From Candidatus Woesearchaeota archaeon (GTDB lineage Archaea; Nanobdellota; Nanobdellia; Woesearchaeales; WAPY01), in NCBI GenBank assembly GCA_049700835.1, contig JBNAUL010000002.1, positions 222,999 through 286,998 of the forward strand: a DNA stretch of 64,000 nucleotides. The letters are read 5' to 3'. The notes under the pieces are model-generated. The model searched no databases, was not told where the DNA came from, and saw nothing but the letters and a program-made list of their open reading frames with translations. Positions 1-12,619 of the stretch are shown here, in pieces. How positions within the stretch are numbered: position 1 is the first letter of the stretch; the number at the start of each line of letters is the position of its first letter. The position numbers and the translations under genes are program-made.

Positions 1-497
1 AATACATTCCTTAGATTAAAAGCTTCTCTTAAATCATAATTCCTTGAATAGTTTATGACAGAACTAATGATAAGATACCATGTTATAAAAATCAAAACAA
101 ATGCTGTTAAAAAGAAACCAAGAAAATTGCTCATAAACTCTGCGAGCAAAAAAGGAGAATTTGCATACAACTCTGCTTTAAAAGGAGCAAAGAATTCTCC
201 AAAAAATGGAAGTTTCTTCAAAAACATTATAAAGATAATTGTAAAAGCAGGAATTGAATAAACTATGGCTATGAGAAGGTAAAATGCGGCATTCTTTAGA
301 ATTTTTGCAAAATCATTGTAATCAGGAAGCTTGAATTCCTTTTTTAATATTCTGTTAGCGCATTCAATAAAATAACCATAAATCAATAGGTTAATTAGCG
401 GAAATGCTGATAATACAATTCCTATAATCATCCTTGTATTGTCCTGAAGAGGCATTCCAAAAGAAATCTTTATTTTTTCAGAAAGGTTTTTTTCCAT
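1..497 (-). CDS. DUF4013-like integral membrane protein (3' end runs off the window)
   Basis: Not in the ORF track. ATG at 497 preceded by GAGGTGA SD; manual translation MEKNLSEKIKISFGMPLQDNTRMIIGIVLSAFPLINLLIYGYFIECANRILKKEFKLPDYNDF...REAFNL is open to the window edge; GY..LP..AF pattern typical of DUF4013. Confidence 0.7.
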   Translation of the reverse strand, partial: MEKNLSEKIKISFGMPLQDNTRMIIGIVLSAFPLINLLIYGYFIECANRILKKEFKLPDYNDFAKILKNAAFYLLIAIVYSIPAFTIIFIMFLKKLPFFGEFFAPFKAELYANSPFLLAEFMSNFLGFFLTAFVLIFITWYLIISSVINYSRNYDLREAFNLRNV

Positions 498-605
498 TCT
501 TTCACCTCAATGAAATTTGATGTTTTTTGCATTCTGTTTCATTATAAATAACAACGATATAAAAAATTTTCTTTTTGTTTTTTAGAATTATGATAGAATT
601 GCGAG

Positions 606-679
606 CGGGCCCAAGGGGATTTGAACCCCCGACCTAACGGTTAAGAGCCGTTTGCTCTACCAGGCTGAGCTATGAGCCC
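606..679 (-). tRNA. tRNA-Lys(CTT)
   Basis: Reverse complement GGGCTCATAGCTCAGCCTGGTAGAGCAAACGGCTCTTAACCGTTAGGTCGGGGGTTCAAATCCCCTTGGGCCCG folds as a cloverleaf; anticodon arm AACGG-CTCTTAA-CCGTT. Confidence 0.95.
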
Positions 680-955
680 ACAAACCAATAAAAGACAAAG
701 CAACTATTTATAAATTTTTTCATAAGTTTGAAAAGCAGAATGTTCTAAAAATATCAAGTTAAAATAAAAAACGAAAAATATAACAATAAAAAATAAAAAA
801 TCAACTTAAAATAAAAAATAGAAATATAAATAGAATAAAAATTTTTGTGCTATTTATCAGCTGGAAATATGTAAATTTTTGTTTTTTACTAAAGAGTAAT
901 TTATAATAAGGAATAAAGCAAAACTTTTATATAATCTTTATGTTTGACAAATAGC

Positions 956-1915
956 ATGATAAACAACAAGAATTTGGAAAACAAAGCTAAATATGTTCTT
1001 TCTAAACATAACCCAAAAACGCTTGAAGATTATACAGCTTATTCCTTAACTGCATTCATTCTCTGCGGAAAAAGCCCTGCTGACAAGATAGTTAAAAAGG
1101 AAGAATTAGAAAAGATACCTGCGAACAACAAGGCCTTCTTAAAATTAGGAGAAAGACCAATGGTAGAGTATGTTATCAAGGCATTTTTAAATTCCAATAA
1201 AATAAAAGACATATATATCATAAACCATGCAGATGAAGAACTTACATTCAGGATTGAACTTGAAAAAATCATTTATTCCTCTGAACATCGATATCCAAGA
1301 ATTATACGCTTGTTAAGTTTTGATGATGAAGATCTTATTAACAACATAGAAAAAACTTTTGTTGAGAGCAATCTAAAAGACGATGAATATGCTATCATTG
1401 CAAGTTCAGACACTCCAATGATTAATCCAAAACTGATTAATGATTTTGTAAAACAAATTTATTATTTTCAGGGTTATGATGCATATGTTCCTTATACAAG
1501 GATTTCAATGCTTAGGGCAAAATACCCTAAAATAAAGAAGAGGAGCATGTTTGAACTTTTAATAGAAGAAAACAATGAAAAGAAAAGAGATGGAGTAAGA
1601 ACAGGAAACCTGTTTGCACTAAAAAAAGAAACCTTTATTGAGAACAAGAAATTGATGGAATATCTTTTTGAGAGCAGAAAGAAGGGCTATTTGGCAATTG
1701 CAAATGATATCGTTGCAAGACTGCATAATAAAAAAGCAAGCATGATGTTTGAGTACGGAAAAAAATTGGTAAGAAAGGAACTCACGATTGACGACCTTTC
1801 TGAAATCGTAAGACAAACATACGATATTTATGCAAAGGGGATTTTGGTGGAGCCAGAATTCTGCATAGATGTTGATAGGAAAAAGGACTTTGAGGAAATA
1901 AAGAATTATTTATGA
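956..1915 (+). CDS. MobA-like NTP transferase / nucleotidyltransferase family protein
   Basis: ILCG, NKAFLKLGERPMVEYVIKA, SSDTPMI and C-terminal IDVD motifs of the GT-A NTP-transferase fold; start uncertain (944 TTG or 956 ATG). Confidence 0.7.
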   Translation: MINNKNLENKAKYVLSKHNPKTLEDYTAYSLTAFILCGKSPADKIVKKEELEKIPANNKAFLKLGERPMVEYVIKAFLNSNKIKDIYIINHADEELTFRIELEKIIYSSEHRYPRIIRLLSFDDEDLINNIEKTFVESNLKDDEYAIIASSDTPMINPKLINDFVKQIYYFQGYDAYVPYTRISMLRAKYPKIKKRSMFELLIEENNEKKRDGVRTGNLFALKKETFIENKKLMEYLFESRKKGYLAIANDIVARLHNKKASMMFEYGKKLVRKELTIDDLSEIVRQTYDIYAKGILVEPEFCIDVDRKKDFEEIKNYL

Positions 1916-2000
1916 AAGGATTTAGACGGCGGGATTTCTATTGCAAAGAGTTTAGTTATTAGAAAATTTTATATTGAGCAAAGAATTTCTACATAGCAGA

Positions 2001-3623
2001 ATGGAAGAATCTGATAAAGAAACAATCTTTTGGGCTGACAAGCTCGCTGAAAAAATAGTGAACAGAAAGAGATTTCATTATACTGATGACAAAATCAAAA
2101 AACAAGACGAATTTGTTGTAAAGACATCTGCTTCTCTCTCAGGAGTCCTTCACATAGGCAGATTGAGCGACACAATAAGAGGCGATTCTGTTTTCAGAGC
2201 CCTCAAAGATTTAGGAGTAAAAGCAAAACTCATTTGGGTTGCAGAGGACATGGACCCTCTAAGAAAAATTCCTGAAGGGGTTCCAAAATCCTTTTCTGAT
2301 TACATAGGAGTTCCTGTGAGTGACATACCTGATTTTTACGGGTGCCACAAGAGTTATTCAGAACATTTCATGTCAGAGTATCTTGAAGTCATCGATTCAT
2401 TTGTTCACAACAAAATGGAAAAATTCTCGATGAGATCTGAATATAAGAATGGAAGTTTCAAACCGTTTATCAAAAGAATAGTTGAAAATTTTTCAGAGGT
2501 TAAAAGCATAGTTGAAAAATACCGAGACGAGCCTTTGCCAAGGGACTGGGCCCCTTGGAAACCTGTTTGCAAGAATTGCGGAAAGATAGCAACTACAAAG
2601 ATTGTTAAGATTGAGAATAACAAAATTCACTATGTTTGCGAGGATTATGATTTCAAGACAACAAAGGCAAAGGGTTGCGGTTATAAAGGGGTTGCAGATC
2701 CTCTAAACGATGACGGAAAACTCATGTGGAAATCAGAATGGGCTGCCCAATGGGCTCATTGGAACATATGCTGCGAAGGAGCTGGAAAAGAGTATCAGGT
2801 TCCAACAAGTGCTTTTTGGATTAACGGAGAGATTTGCGAAAGAATATTAAAATACCCTATGCCAGAGCCGATATTTTATGAGCATCTTATGATTGACAAT
2901 GTTAAAATGTCAGCTTCCCTTGGAAATGTAATCTATCCAAAGGACTGGTTAGAGGTTGCACCTCCTGAAATCCTGCGATTCTTTTACAATAAAAGATTAA
3001 TGAAAACAAGGAGTTTCTCCTGGAAGAACCTTCCTCTTATCTACGATGAGTTTGACGATGCTCAGATGATTTATTTTGGAATTAAGAAATTGGATAATGA
3101 AAAAGAGGAGGAAAATATAAAGAGGTTGTATGAAATCTCTGCTCTAAAGATTGAAAAGCCGCTATTGCTGAGCTTTAACCATTCTGTTTTAATCTCGCAG
3201 ATTTTCAATGACGAGAATAAAATGCTTGAAGCGCTGAAAAAAACAGGGCATTACCAAAAAGAGTTTGAGGAAAGAATCCTGCAGAGATTGAGGTATGCAA
3301 AGAAATGGGTTTTTAGTTATGCTCCAAAAGAATACAAGTTTGAACTTCAGAAAGAGCCAAAAGCAGTTCTAAAAGAAAATGAAAAAGAAGCTGTGAAGCA
3401 GGTTATTGAAATTTTAAGAAGAGGATCTTTGGAAGAAGCAGAACTGCACAAGAAATTTTACGAAATTGCAGAGAAAAATAATATGAAAACTCAGGAATTC
3501 TTTAGCATGATGTACAGAATTCTATTAGACAAAGAAAGAGGCCCAAAACTCGCTAACTTTCTGCTAAGCTTAGGGGAAAATGGGATTGAAATATTGGAAA
3601 GGGCTGTTAATAAGCAACAATAA
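2001..3623 (+). CDS. lysS: Class I lysyl-tRNA synthetase
   Basis: FWAD, SGVLHIG (HIGH-like), DMDPLRKIP, CKNCG zinc motif, KMSAS (KMSKS-like), C-terminal RGPKL. Confidence 0.95.
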   Translation: MEESDKETIFWADKLAEKIVNRKRFHYTDDKIKKQDEFVVKTSASLSGVLHIGRLSDTIRGDSVFRALKDLGVKAKLIWVAEDMDPLRKIPEGVPKSFSDYIGVPVSDIPDFYGCHKSYSEHFMSEYLEVIDSFVHNKMEKFSMRSEYKNGSFKPFIKRIVENFSEVKSIVEKYRDEPLPRDWAPWKPVCKNCGKIATTKIVKIENNKIHYVCEDYDFKTTKAKGCGYKGVADPLNDDGKLMWKSEWAAQWAHWNICCEGAGKEYQVPTSAFWINGEICERILKYPMPEPIFYEHLMIDNVKMSASLGNVIYPKDWLEVAPPEILRFFYNKRLMKTRSFSWKNLPLIYDEFDDAQMIYFGIKKLDNEKEEENIKRLYEISALKIEKPLLLSFNHSVLISQIFNDENKMLEALKKTGHYQKEFEERILQRLRYAKKWVFSYAPKEYKFELQKEPKAVLKENEKEAVKQVIEILRRGSLEEAELHKKFYEIAEKNNMKTQEFFSMMYRILLDKERGPKLANFLLSLGENGIEILERAVNKQQ

Positions 3624-4044
3624 GAAATAAAAAAAATTAACAACTTGCTTAAAAAACTAAGAATTTTATATTTAATTTTTGCAATTAATTTTTGCCATTA
3701 ACTATGTTATGAACTTTTATGAACTTTACTTAAGGATTAAATTAAACTTATTAGCAATTTTTGTAAAAAACTTTCTGGCAAACTTTCTATTTGTTTATGC
3801 AAGCTTTTTTCTTTTTTTATTTTGCTCAAATTCTAAATGCTCAATCAAGCATAATTTTTTGCTAGCAAAATTTGAAAACCAAAATTTTTATTTTAACTTT
3901 TGTTCAAAGAACTTAGTTTGGCTTTCTCTTTAAGCATTCCAGAAATTATCCAAACTCTAAATTTTAAACCTGAAAACACATCTCAAATCGTTATAAGAAT
4001 TAAATTTAGCTAATGCTTTTTATGCTTATTGCTGAATTTTCTTC

Positions 4045-4401
4045 TCATAATAACTTCAATTTTCCTGTTATCCTGTCAATTTTTTCCTCTTTGTCAGGCC
4101 CTATACCTAAACAGGTTATAGTGCTTTGTTTGAAGAATGTTCTTCCAGCGTCTCTTATTAGTGAATTAACAATTTTACATTCATCTGCCATTTTCTTATA
4201 ATTCATTAATTCATCTTCATTCTTTATTTTTAAAATGCTCTTCTTCATTCCTTCCTTAACCCAAAAATCAACATTCTTTTTTGTTTTATCGTTCTTTAAT
4301 GCTTCCAAAACACAACCAACGCTCGCATGACTGACTTGTGCTGCCAACTTTCCCTTTGGCATCTTTAAATCAGTCCTTACAAGAATTACTTGTTTATACA
4401 T
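4045..4401 (-). CDS. pth2: Peptidyl-tRNA hydrolase Pth2
   Basis: KQVILVRTDLKMPKGKLAAQVSHA, IRDAGRT, GIGP, ITGKLKLL. Confidence 0.95.
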   Translation of the reverse strand: MYKQVILVRTDLKMPKGKLAAQVSHASVGCVLEALKNDKTKKNVDFWVKEGMKKSILKIKNEDELMNYKKMADECKIVNSLIRDAGRTFFKQSTITCLGIGPDKEEKIDRITGKLKLL

Positions 4402-4489
4402 AAGAATTAAGTTATCTTTAATGCTATTTTAAAGATTTCTAAATTAATTTGTAACTACATAGTAATTAAAAATAGAAAGATTTATATAT

Positions 4490-4903
4490 ATGTTTTTATT
4501 TACTACTAATATGTTACAACAAATTTTGCTTGGAAAAAATGCTCTGAAAAACAGAAGTTTGGAAAGCAATTTAGAAAGAAAAATCAATGATTTTCCTAAA
4601 TATTGTTCTTCTACTGTGTCTTTAAAAGAAACAAATGGAATTAAATTGCGTTGTTTGACCATAACAGGGGTTGATGAAGTTAAATTCTACATGGAAGAGA
4701 AATCATTGATAGAACATTTTGAAAAGCACAAAATTCAAGAAGTTTTCAATGAGGAAGACTACTTAAGGTTTGCAGCAGAGACTTATTTTTTGGGAAGGAA
4801 TTATAAAGATGGGAAATTGTATAAGGGATATTTCTTAGGATATAGCAAATCAGAGGAATTAAAAGGAATTGTAGTTCATACTCTTTATAGAAGATTTTTC
4901 TAA
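4490..4903 (+). CDS. Hypothetical protein
   Basis: 137-aa ORF filling the gap between pth2 and enolase; no recognised motif. Confidence 0.55.
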   Translation: MFLFTTNMLQQILLGKNALKNRSLESNLERKINDFPKYCSSTVSLKETNGIKLRCLTITGVDEVKFYMEEKSLIEHFEKHKIQEVFNEEDYLRFAAETYFLGRNYKDGKLYKGYFLGYSKSEELKGIVVHTLYRRFF

Positions 4904-4990
4904 AAAATTATTCTAAAAGATGCAAAGAAAAAAGCAAATTTATAAATAGAAAACAGATTATTGTTCATTAAAAAAGAAAAAGGTGAGCTG

Positions 4991-6256
4991 ATGACTAAAA
5001 TAATAAGAATCTTTGGAAGAGAGGTTCTTGACTCAAGGGGAAATCCTGCTCTGGAAGGAGTTATCTGCACAAAAAAATTCTGTGAACAATCAATAGTTCC
5101 GAGCGGAGCTTCAAAAGGAAGCAGAGAAGCATTGGAACTAAGGGATGGAGGCAAAAGATACAATGGAATGGGAGTTTTAAATGCAGTAAACAACTTAAAA
5201 GTCATAGAAAAAGAATTGATAAATGCCAATTGCAAAAAACAATCCTTCATTGACAAAAAGATGATAAAACTTGATGGCACTGAAAACAAATCAAACCTTG
5301 GAGCAAATGCAATTCTTTCAGTGAGCATGAGTTGCGCAAGATTAGGGGCAAGGCATTCAAATATTGAACTCTACGAATATCTTGCTATGTTGTTCTGGGG
5401 TAAATTTGGCGAAGATTACAAGAACAAAATCAAGATTCCAATGCCATATTCAAATGTAATCAACGGAGGAAAGCATGCAGGAAACAATCTTGAAATTCAG
5501 GAATTTATGATAACTCCTCTCAAAGCAAAATCGTTCAGAGAAGCAACTCAAATAGTGAGCGAGGTTTATCATTCCCTTAAATCAATACTCCTTGATAAGT
5601 ATGGAAAATCAGCAACAAATGTTGGAGATGAAGGCGGGTTTGCGCCCCAGCTGAAAGATAATGAGGAAGCTTTAGAATTGTTGATGTTTGCAATTCAAAG
5701 TGCAGGTTATGAAGATAAAGTAAGGCTGGCTGTTGATGCAGCAGCAAGTTCTTTCTATGACAAAGATTCAAAAAGATATTTAATTAACGGCAAAAGAATT
5801 AACCGAGAAGAACTTTTAGATTATTATTTAGAACTAATAAACAAATACCCAATAATCTCCTTGGAAGACCCTTTTGATGAGAACGACTTTAATGGATTTG
5901 TAGAGATAACAAAAAAACTCGGCTCAAAAATACAGATTGTAGGAGATGATTTGCTGGTTACAAATGTCAAAAGAATAAAAATGGCTGCAAGAAGAAAACT
6001 TTGTAACGCACTTTTACTAAAGATAAATCAAATAGGAACAGTAACAGAATCATTCAAAGCAGCAAAACTTGCCTTTGACAACAATTGGAAAGTAATGGTT
6101 AGCCATCGTTCAGGAGAAACAGAGGACACATTCATATCTGATTTGGCAGTTGCTCTTGGGTGCGGGCAGATAAAGATAGGCGCTCCTTGTAGAGGAGAAA
6201 GAACATGCAAGTACAACAGATTGCTGAGAATTGAAGAAATGCTACATAAGGAATAA
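4991..6256 (+). CDS. eno: Enolase
   Basis: DSRGNP, VPSGAS, NGGKHA, GDEGGFAP, LLLKINQIG, SHRSGETED; AGGTGA SD before ATG 4991. Confidence 0.97.
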   Translation: MTKIIRIFGREVLDSRGNPALEGVICTKKFCEQSIVPSGASKGSREALELRDGGKRYNGMGVLNAVNNLKVIEKELINANCKKQSFIDKKMIKLDGTENKSNLGANAILSVSMSCARLGARHSNIELYEYLAMLFWGKFGEDYKNKIKIPMPYSNVINGGKHAGNNLEIQEFMITPLKAKSFREATQIVSEVYHSLKSILLDKYGKSATNVGDEGGFAPQLKDNEEALELLMFAIQSAGYEDKVRLAVDAAASSFYDKDSKRYLINGKRINREELLDYYLELINKYPIISLEDPFDENDFNGFVEITKKLGSKIQIVGDDLLVTNVKRIKMAARRKLCNALLLKINQIGTVTESFKAAKLAFDNNWKVMVSHRSGETEDTFISDLAVALGCGQIKIGAPCRGERTCKYNRLLRIEEMLHKE

Positions 6257-6404
6257 ATTGAATAATTAAATTAATTAAATGAAAAGCAAATAAAAAAGAT
6301 TTTTATTGCAATTACTTGGAAACAATGCCATTGTTTGAAAGTTATTTATTTTTTAATCTTTCTTCTTTTTGGTTTTTTCAGAATTGAAGCCATATTTTAA
6401 AGAT

Positions 6405-6788
6405 CTATTTTTTATTCTTTATTTTCTCAATGTCTAAGTCCTTTGTTTTTTCTTTTTCCTCTCTTTCTTCCTCTTTTTGTATTCCTGTAAGCGTTATGTG
6501 AGGTCCTTCCTGAATTATGGTTATTGACTCAAGATTGTTTATTACCAAATCGTTTCCAGGTATTAAGTAATTTACATTCAGTCCTTTTATTATTATTTTA
6601 TGCGCCTTGAAATCAAGAAATCTGAACGGCGGAATCTTGCTTATGTGGGGGTTGTTAACGCTTGACAGATTTATAAAGCAAGGAAACCTGTCACCTATTG
6701 CATCCTTCTTTCTCTTTCTTCCTATAATAACGCTCTTGCATCTGTATGTCATGTTTACATGGACCTCTTTTTGTTTTTTGGTTTTCAT
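6405..6788 (-). CDS. Hypothetical protein
   Basis: Globular-looking ORF, GGAGGG SD before ATG 6788, co-oriented with the phosphoglycerate mutase gene. Confidence 0.65.
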   Translation of the reverse strand: MKTKKQKEVHVNMTYRCKSVIIGRKRKKDAIGDRFPCFINLSSVNNPHISKIPPFRFLDFKAHKIIIKGLNVNYLIPGNDLVINNLESITIIQEGPHITLTGIQKEEEREEKEKTKDLDIEKIKNKK

Positions 6789-6889
6789 ACAACCCTCCAA
6801 GCGATTTTATTTTGTTCTAAAAATTCTTATTTAATTTTAGTATTTAAATTTATCCATTGAAAATTTAGAATTAAAAAATTTTATTGAGC

Positions 6890-7465
6890 TCAAATCTTAA
6901 CAACATAGTCAAAGTAGTCATCCCATGGATTTTCAAGCTTCATCATTTCTTTTATGTTTAGTTTCTCAAAATGCCTTCTAAAAGGCCTCATTGAGTTTCC
7001 GTGGGCAGAAATAGCAACATTGACCCTATATTTCTTCATTAAGAGCTTTAAATCGTTTATAAAACTCAAAACTCTCTGCTCAACCATCTTTATGCTCTCC
7101 CCGTTTGGAGGTGCTATGTCATAACTTCTATGATATATGTCAAACAATTCTTTTCCATAATGCTTTATAAATTCTCTATGAGACATTCCCTGCAAGTTTC
7201 CATAACTCCTCTCAATAATTCTGTCATCCGTTATTATTCTCTTGCATTCAGGATGGTATTCCAAAACATACTTCAATGTACCCCTGCTTCTTGAAAGATG
7301 GCTTTGAAATGCCAATTCAATCCTCTTGTTCCTGAGTTTTTTTGCTATGTTTTTGGCATCTGATATTCCCTTAGGAGTAAGTTTTGAATCCTTCCAACCT
7401 GTAAAAATTTTGTTTTTGTTGTAGTATGTTTGTCCATGCCTAAAAATGTAGATGTGCAATTTCAT
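6890..7465 (-). CDS. gpmA: Cofactor-dependent phosphoglycerate mutase (histidine phosphatase family)
   Basis: RHGQT..N..FTGWKD, ERSYGNLQG, RSYDIAPPNGES, SAHGNSMR. Confidence 0.85.
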   Translation of the reverse strand: MKLHIYIFRHGQTYYNKNKIFTGWKDSKLTPKGISDAKNIAKKLRNKRIELAFQSHLSRSRGTLKYVLEYHPECKRIITDDRIIERSYGNLQGMSHREFIKHYGKELFDIYHRSYDIAPPNGESIKMVEQRVLSFINDLKLLMKKYRVNVAISAHGNSMRPFRRHFEKLNIKEMMKLENPWDDYFDYVVKI

Positions 7466-7842
7466 ATTTTTTCAATAAATAATTCCTCTTATAAAAACTT
7501 TGCTAAATAACAAACTGCAAAGCAAACTTAATCTGACAAGATTTTTAGCAAATAAGTTTTCCATTGAGCAAAACTTCCCAAAAAATTTTCAACAAAACTT
7601 CTCGATTTAGATAATGTCTGCGATGGTTTAAGAATTTTTTAAATTACAAATAACAAATATAAATCTAAATAAATTTTCATTTAATATGTTTCCAACTTCA
7701 AATCTCATAAATACAAAATAAATAAAAATAAAAAAAAACAAATAGAAAAAAAACAAAACAGGAAAACACAAGCCAGTTCATAATGCAAATTTAAAATAAA
7801 GCATAGAAATATTTAAAAAGTTTGAGAACAAAACCTTTTCTT

Positions 7843-8049
7843 ATGCAGAAAAAGAGTAGGATAGTTTATTCAAACAGGAGAAAAATAAAGAAATACACCA
7901 GAATTCTATTAGGGCTTTTAATTATGCTCTTTGGCATTTGGCTTTTAAGTGTTTGGAAAGACGCTTTCTTGGATTTCCTTAAAGGGCTTGCGATTTTTTT
8001 AATAATTGCAGTTGCTCTGTCCCTAATATTTTTGAGTTGGGCTGATTAA
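7843..8049 (+). CDS. Small membrane protein (two TM helices)
   Basis: Basic N-terminus followed by two hydrophobic segments; TATA-like TTTAAAA upstream. Confidence 0.6.
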   Translation: MQKKSRIVYSNRRKIKKYTRILLGLLIMLFGIWLLSVWKDAFLDFLKGLAIFLIIAVALSLIFLSWAD

Positions 8050-8147
8050 AACAGTTGCAAATAAAAAAAATGGCAAATCAAAATGATTAAACAGCAAAAA
8101 ACAAAACTTTTTTAAATAAAATCGCAATCTTTGGGGTGTGATTCAAA

Positions 8148-8444
8148 ATGGCAATGAGAATGGGAGGATTTAGGAGAAAAACGAGGAGAAAACTCTCAAA
8201 AGAAGAGGAGAACAAAGGTAAGATAGGATTAAAGAGATATTTTCAAGAGTTCAAGCAAGGTGATTATGCTGCAATAAAGATTGAACCTGCTGTTAAAGAG
8301 GGAATGCCAAGACCTGATTTTCAGGGAAAAACAGGCAGAATTGTTGGAAAACAAGGCAGTTGCTATTTGCTCTTAATCAACGATTGCGGAAAATTGAAAA
8401 GGGTGTTAATACATCCTGTTCATCTTGTAAGAATAAAAAAATAA
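8148..8444 (+). CDS. rpl21e: 50S ribosomal protein L21e
   Basis: GFRRKTRRKL, GMPRPDFQGKTG, HPVHL; GGGGTG SD. Confidence 0.95.
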   Translation: MAMRMGGFRRKTRRKLSKEEENKGKIGLKRYFQEFKQGDYAAIKIEPAVKEGMPRPDFQGKTGRIVGKQGSCYLLLINDCGKLKRVLIHPVHLVRIKK

Positions 8445-8471
8445 CTGCACAAAAAAGAAGGGGTGGTTTTA

Positions 8472-8837
8472 ATGGAAATCATTGAAGAAAAACCAATCAG
8501 TTGCGCAGAAGTCAAAGAAGAACTTTCAAAGAAAAAATCAGAAGATAATTTCAGAATCTTAAAAACAAAGGAATACCTAGACATATTTACTCATATAAGC
8601 AAGAAAGAAGCAGAGGAGCTCTACAAAAAACTTGAGGAAGCAGGAATTCCAAGGATGAAGGATGCATTAATGATAAAGTTAATTGACTTGCTTCCTGAGG
8701 ATGAAGAAGGAGTGAAAATACTTGTTGAAAGCTACAATGTAAGCGTAAGCAACCAAAACATAAAAAAGATTGTTGAAGTGGTAAAGGAATTCAAGGAAAA
8801 GCACATTGCAAAAGAGAAAACAAAAGAGAAAACATAA
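8472..8837 (+). CDS. rpo4: RNA polymerase subunit Rpo4 (RpoF)
   Basis: IIEEKPIS..EVKE, KLIDLLP; conserved archaeal rpl21e-rpo4-DUF655 order. Confidence 0.85.
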   Translation: MEIIEEKPISCAEVKEELSKKKSEDNFRILKTKEYLDIFTHISKKEAEELYKKLEEAGIPRMKDALMIKLIDLLPEDEEGVKILVESYNVSVSNQNIKKIVEVVKEFKEKHIAKEKTKEKT

Positions 8838-9063
8838 AAAGATTTCTTTAATGAACAAGCGCTTACAAAAGTTTTAAATAATTAATCATATTTATTTTTT
8901 AATCACATTTAAAAACAATAAGTAAGAAAATCAAGCAAGGATCAATCAAGGCGAAAAATATTATCAAAAATAATCAAAAATAAATAATTAAAAAAATAAT
9001 ATTTAAATAAATATTCAAGGACAACATCAAAACATTAAAAATCATTAATGAATTGGGGGTAAA

Positions 9064-9645
9064 ATGGGAAAGGAAGAATACGCTATAATATTAGACTTTT
9101 TACCTAATGGATATTCATTTGATAACAGGCCGTTGTTTCAAAGAACTCCAATAGCCCAAGCAATTGGAGAGAACAAATTCGCTTTGTTAGAGTTAGTTCC
9201 AAAAAAAGGAATTTTTTTGCAGCCCTTGGAAAGGGTTTATATTGGAGAGGAAAAGAGGGATAAAATACATCATATCTTAGGAAGGATAAATTATGAAAAA
9301 CTAACATCAACAGCCCGTTCTGAACTTGAGTTTGCTGTGAAAGAGATTGTGAAGAACAATGAAAAGAGATTTGTTGAATTTTTTAACAACTCAACAGCCC
9401 TGACTACAAGAATGCATCAGCTTGAACTTCTACCAGGAATGGGAAAGAAGAGAATGTGGGAAATTTTGGAGGAGAGAAAAAACTCGCCTTTCCAAAGTTT
9501 TGAAGACATAAAACAGAGAATAAAATTGCTTCCTGATCCTGAAAAGCTTGTTGTGAACAGAATACTTGCTGAAATTCAGGAAGAGCAGAAGCACTATGTA
9601 TTTGTTGAGCCGTATAAAAGGCACGATCAAAACAAAGAAGTGTAG
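9064..9645 (+). CDS. DUF655 putative RNA-binding protein
   Basis: EEYAIILDFLPNG, FALLEL, RMHQLELLPGMGKK HhH motif; gene context. Confidence 0.9.
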   Translation: MGKEEYAIILDFLPNGYSFDNRPLFQRTPIAQAIGENKFALLELVPKKGIFLQPLERVYIGEEKRDKIHHILGRINYEKLTSTARSELEFAVKEIVKNNEKRFVEFFNNSTALTTRMHQLELLPGMGKKRMWEILEERKNSPFQSFEDIKQRIKLLPDPEKLVVNRILAEIQEEQKHYVFVEPYKRHDQNKEV

Positions 9646-9832
9646 ATAAAAATTTAGATTAAATATAGAGAAAAAGTGCAAAATAGAAGGATGGGAAATA
9701 ACAGAGAGCATTAAGAAAATAAGCAGAAGTTGCAAAAGGCAGCAGCGAAATAATGATAAAGCATAATAAAGAATTCTAAAGGTTTTTTAAAGCAAGTAAA
9801 ATAGATAATAATAAAATCTAAAAAACAAAAAA

Positions 9833-10366
9833 CTAAAAAGCATAAATCTCTTCAAGAGCCAACTTGTCGAGTTCTTTTTTAAGCGCATTCATGTTGGCTT
9901 TCTTTAATTCCTTTGATTGAATCTTGTTGCTGAAAAAATCAACATTGCGTAGTTTGTAGTCCTTGATAGAATAATAGCACTTAACTATGATTTTCATAAA
10001 ATTTTTTTGAATTTCAAGTTCAAGAGGGGTCTTATAGAGCTTTTCATCTATAAAGGAATTATAAGACAACAATAACATTTGGCAGATATGGTTCTTTGTG
10101 TGGTTGTTTCTGTTGTTCTTTGCACTGTTGTGATTTTTTTGAATTGAATATTCATAATTTTTCATATTGTACAAAAAATCTCCCTGCGTGTATTTCGTAA
10201 TTGAAATGAAGTCCTTGTTTTCAAACTCCTCTATGTATTGCTTTTCAGACACAAGCTTTTCCAAGTCGTCAACGCTCTTTATTCTGTTCTTATTAAAAAA
10301 ATTCAGAACATTCTTTACAATGGACTTCACTTCCTCGCATCTGATTCTTTTTTCATTGATTAGCAT
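9833..10366 (-). CDS. Hypothetical protein
   Basis: 177-aa ORF with GTGGTGG SD-like sequence, downstream of gyrB. Confidence 0.6.
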   Translation of the reverse strand: MLINEKRIRCEEVKSIVKNVLNFFNKNRIKSVDDLEKLVSEKQYIEEFENKDFISITKYTQGDFLYNMKNYEYSIQKNHNSAKNNRNNHTKNHICQMLLLSYNSFIDEKLYKTPLELEIQKNFMKIIVKCYYSIKDYKLRNVDFFSNKIQSKELKKANMNALKKELDKLALEEIYAF

Positions 10367-10410
10367 AAACCACCACAGATAAAAATTATTTTAGCATTTT
10401 GCTTTTTTGA

Positions 10411-12387
<1,977 letters not shown>

Positions 12388-12619
12388 TCAATTCCTAACC
12401 ATAAAAATCTTAACTAACTTTTGTTCAACCTGAACTCAATTTTGGGAGAATTATTGCGCTTTTTCCCGAGAGAAAAAATGGTTTTCGGCTTTAAAAAACT
12501 TTCGGTTTTTTTGCATGAAAAATTTCATAAAAAAACTGGTTTTTTTAGAAGGAAAAATAAAAAAATTCTTGTAATATTTTTTTGAATTCAATGAGAAAAC
12601 AAGATAAAAAAACTGAATT

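Noticed and set aside
55..261. Plus-strand 68-aa ORF
   Set aside because: Antisense to the SD-led membrane protein gene at 1-497.
3679..3933. 84-aa ORF between lysS and pth2
   Set aside because: TTG start, low-complexity T-rich composition and no motif; probably spurious.
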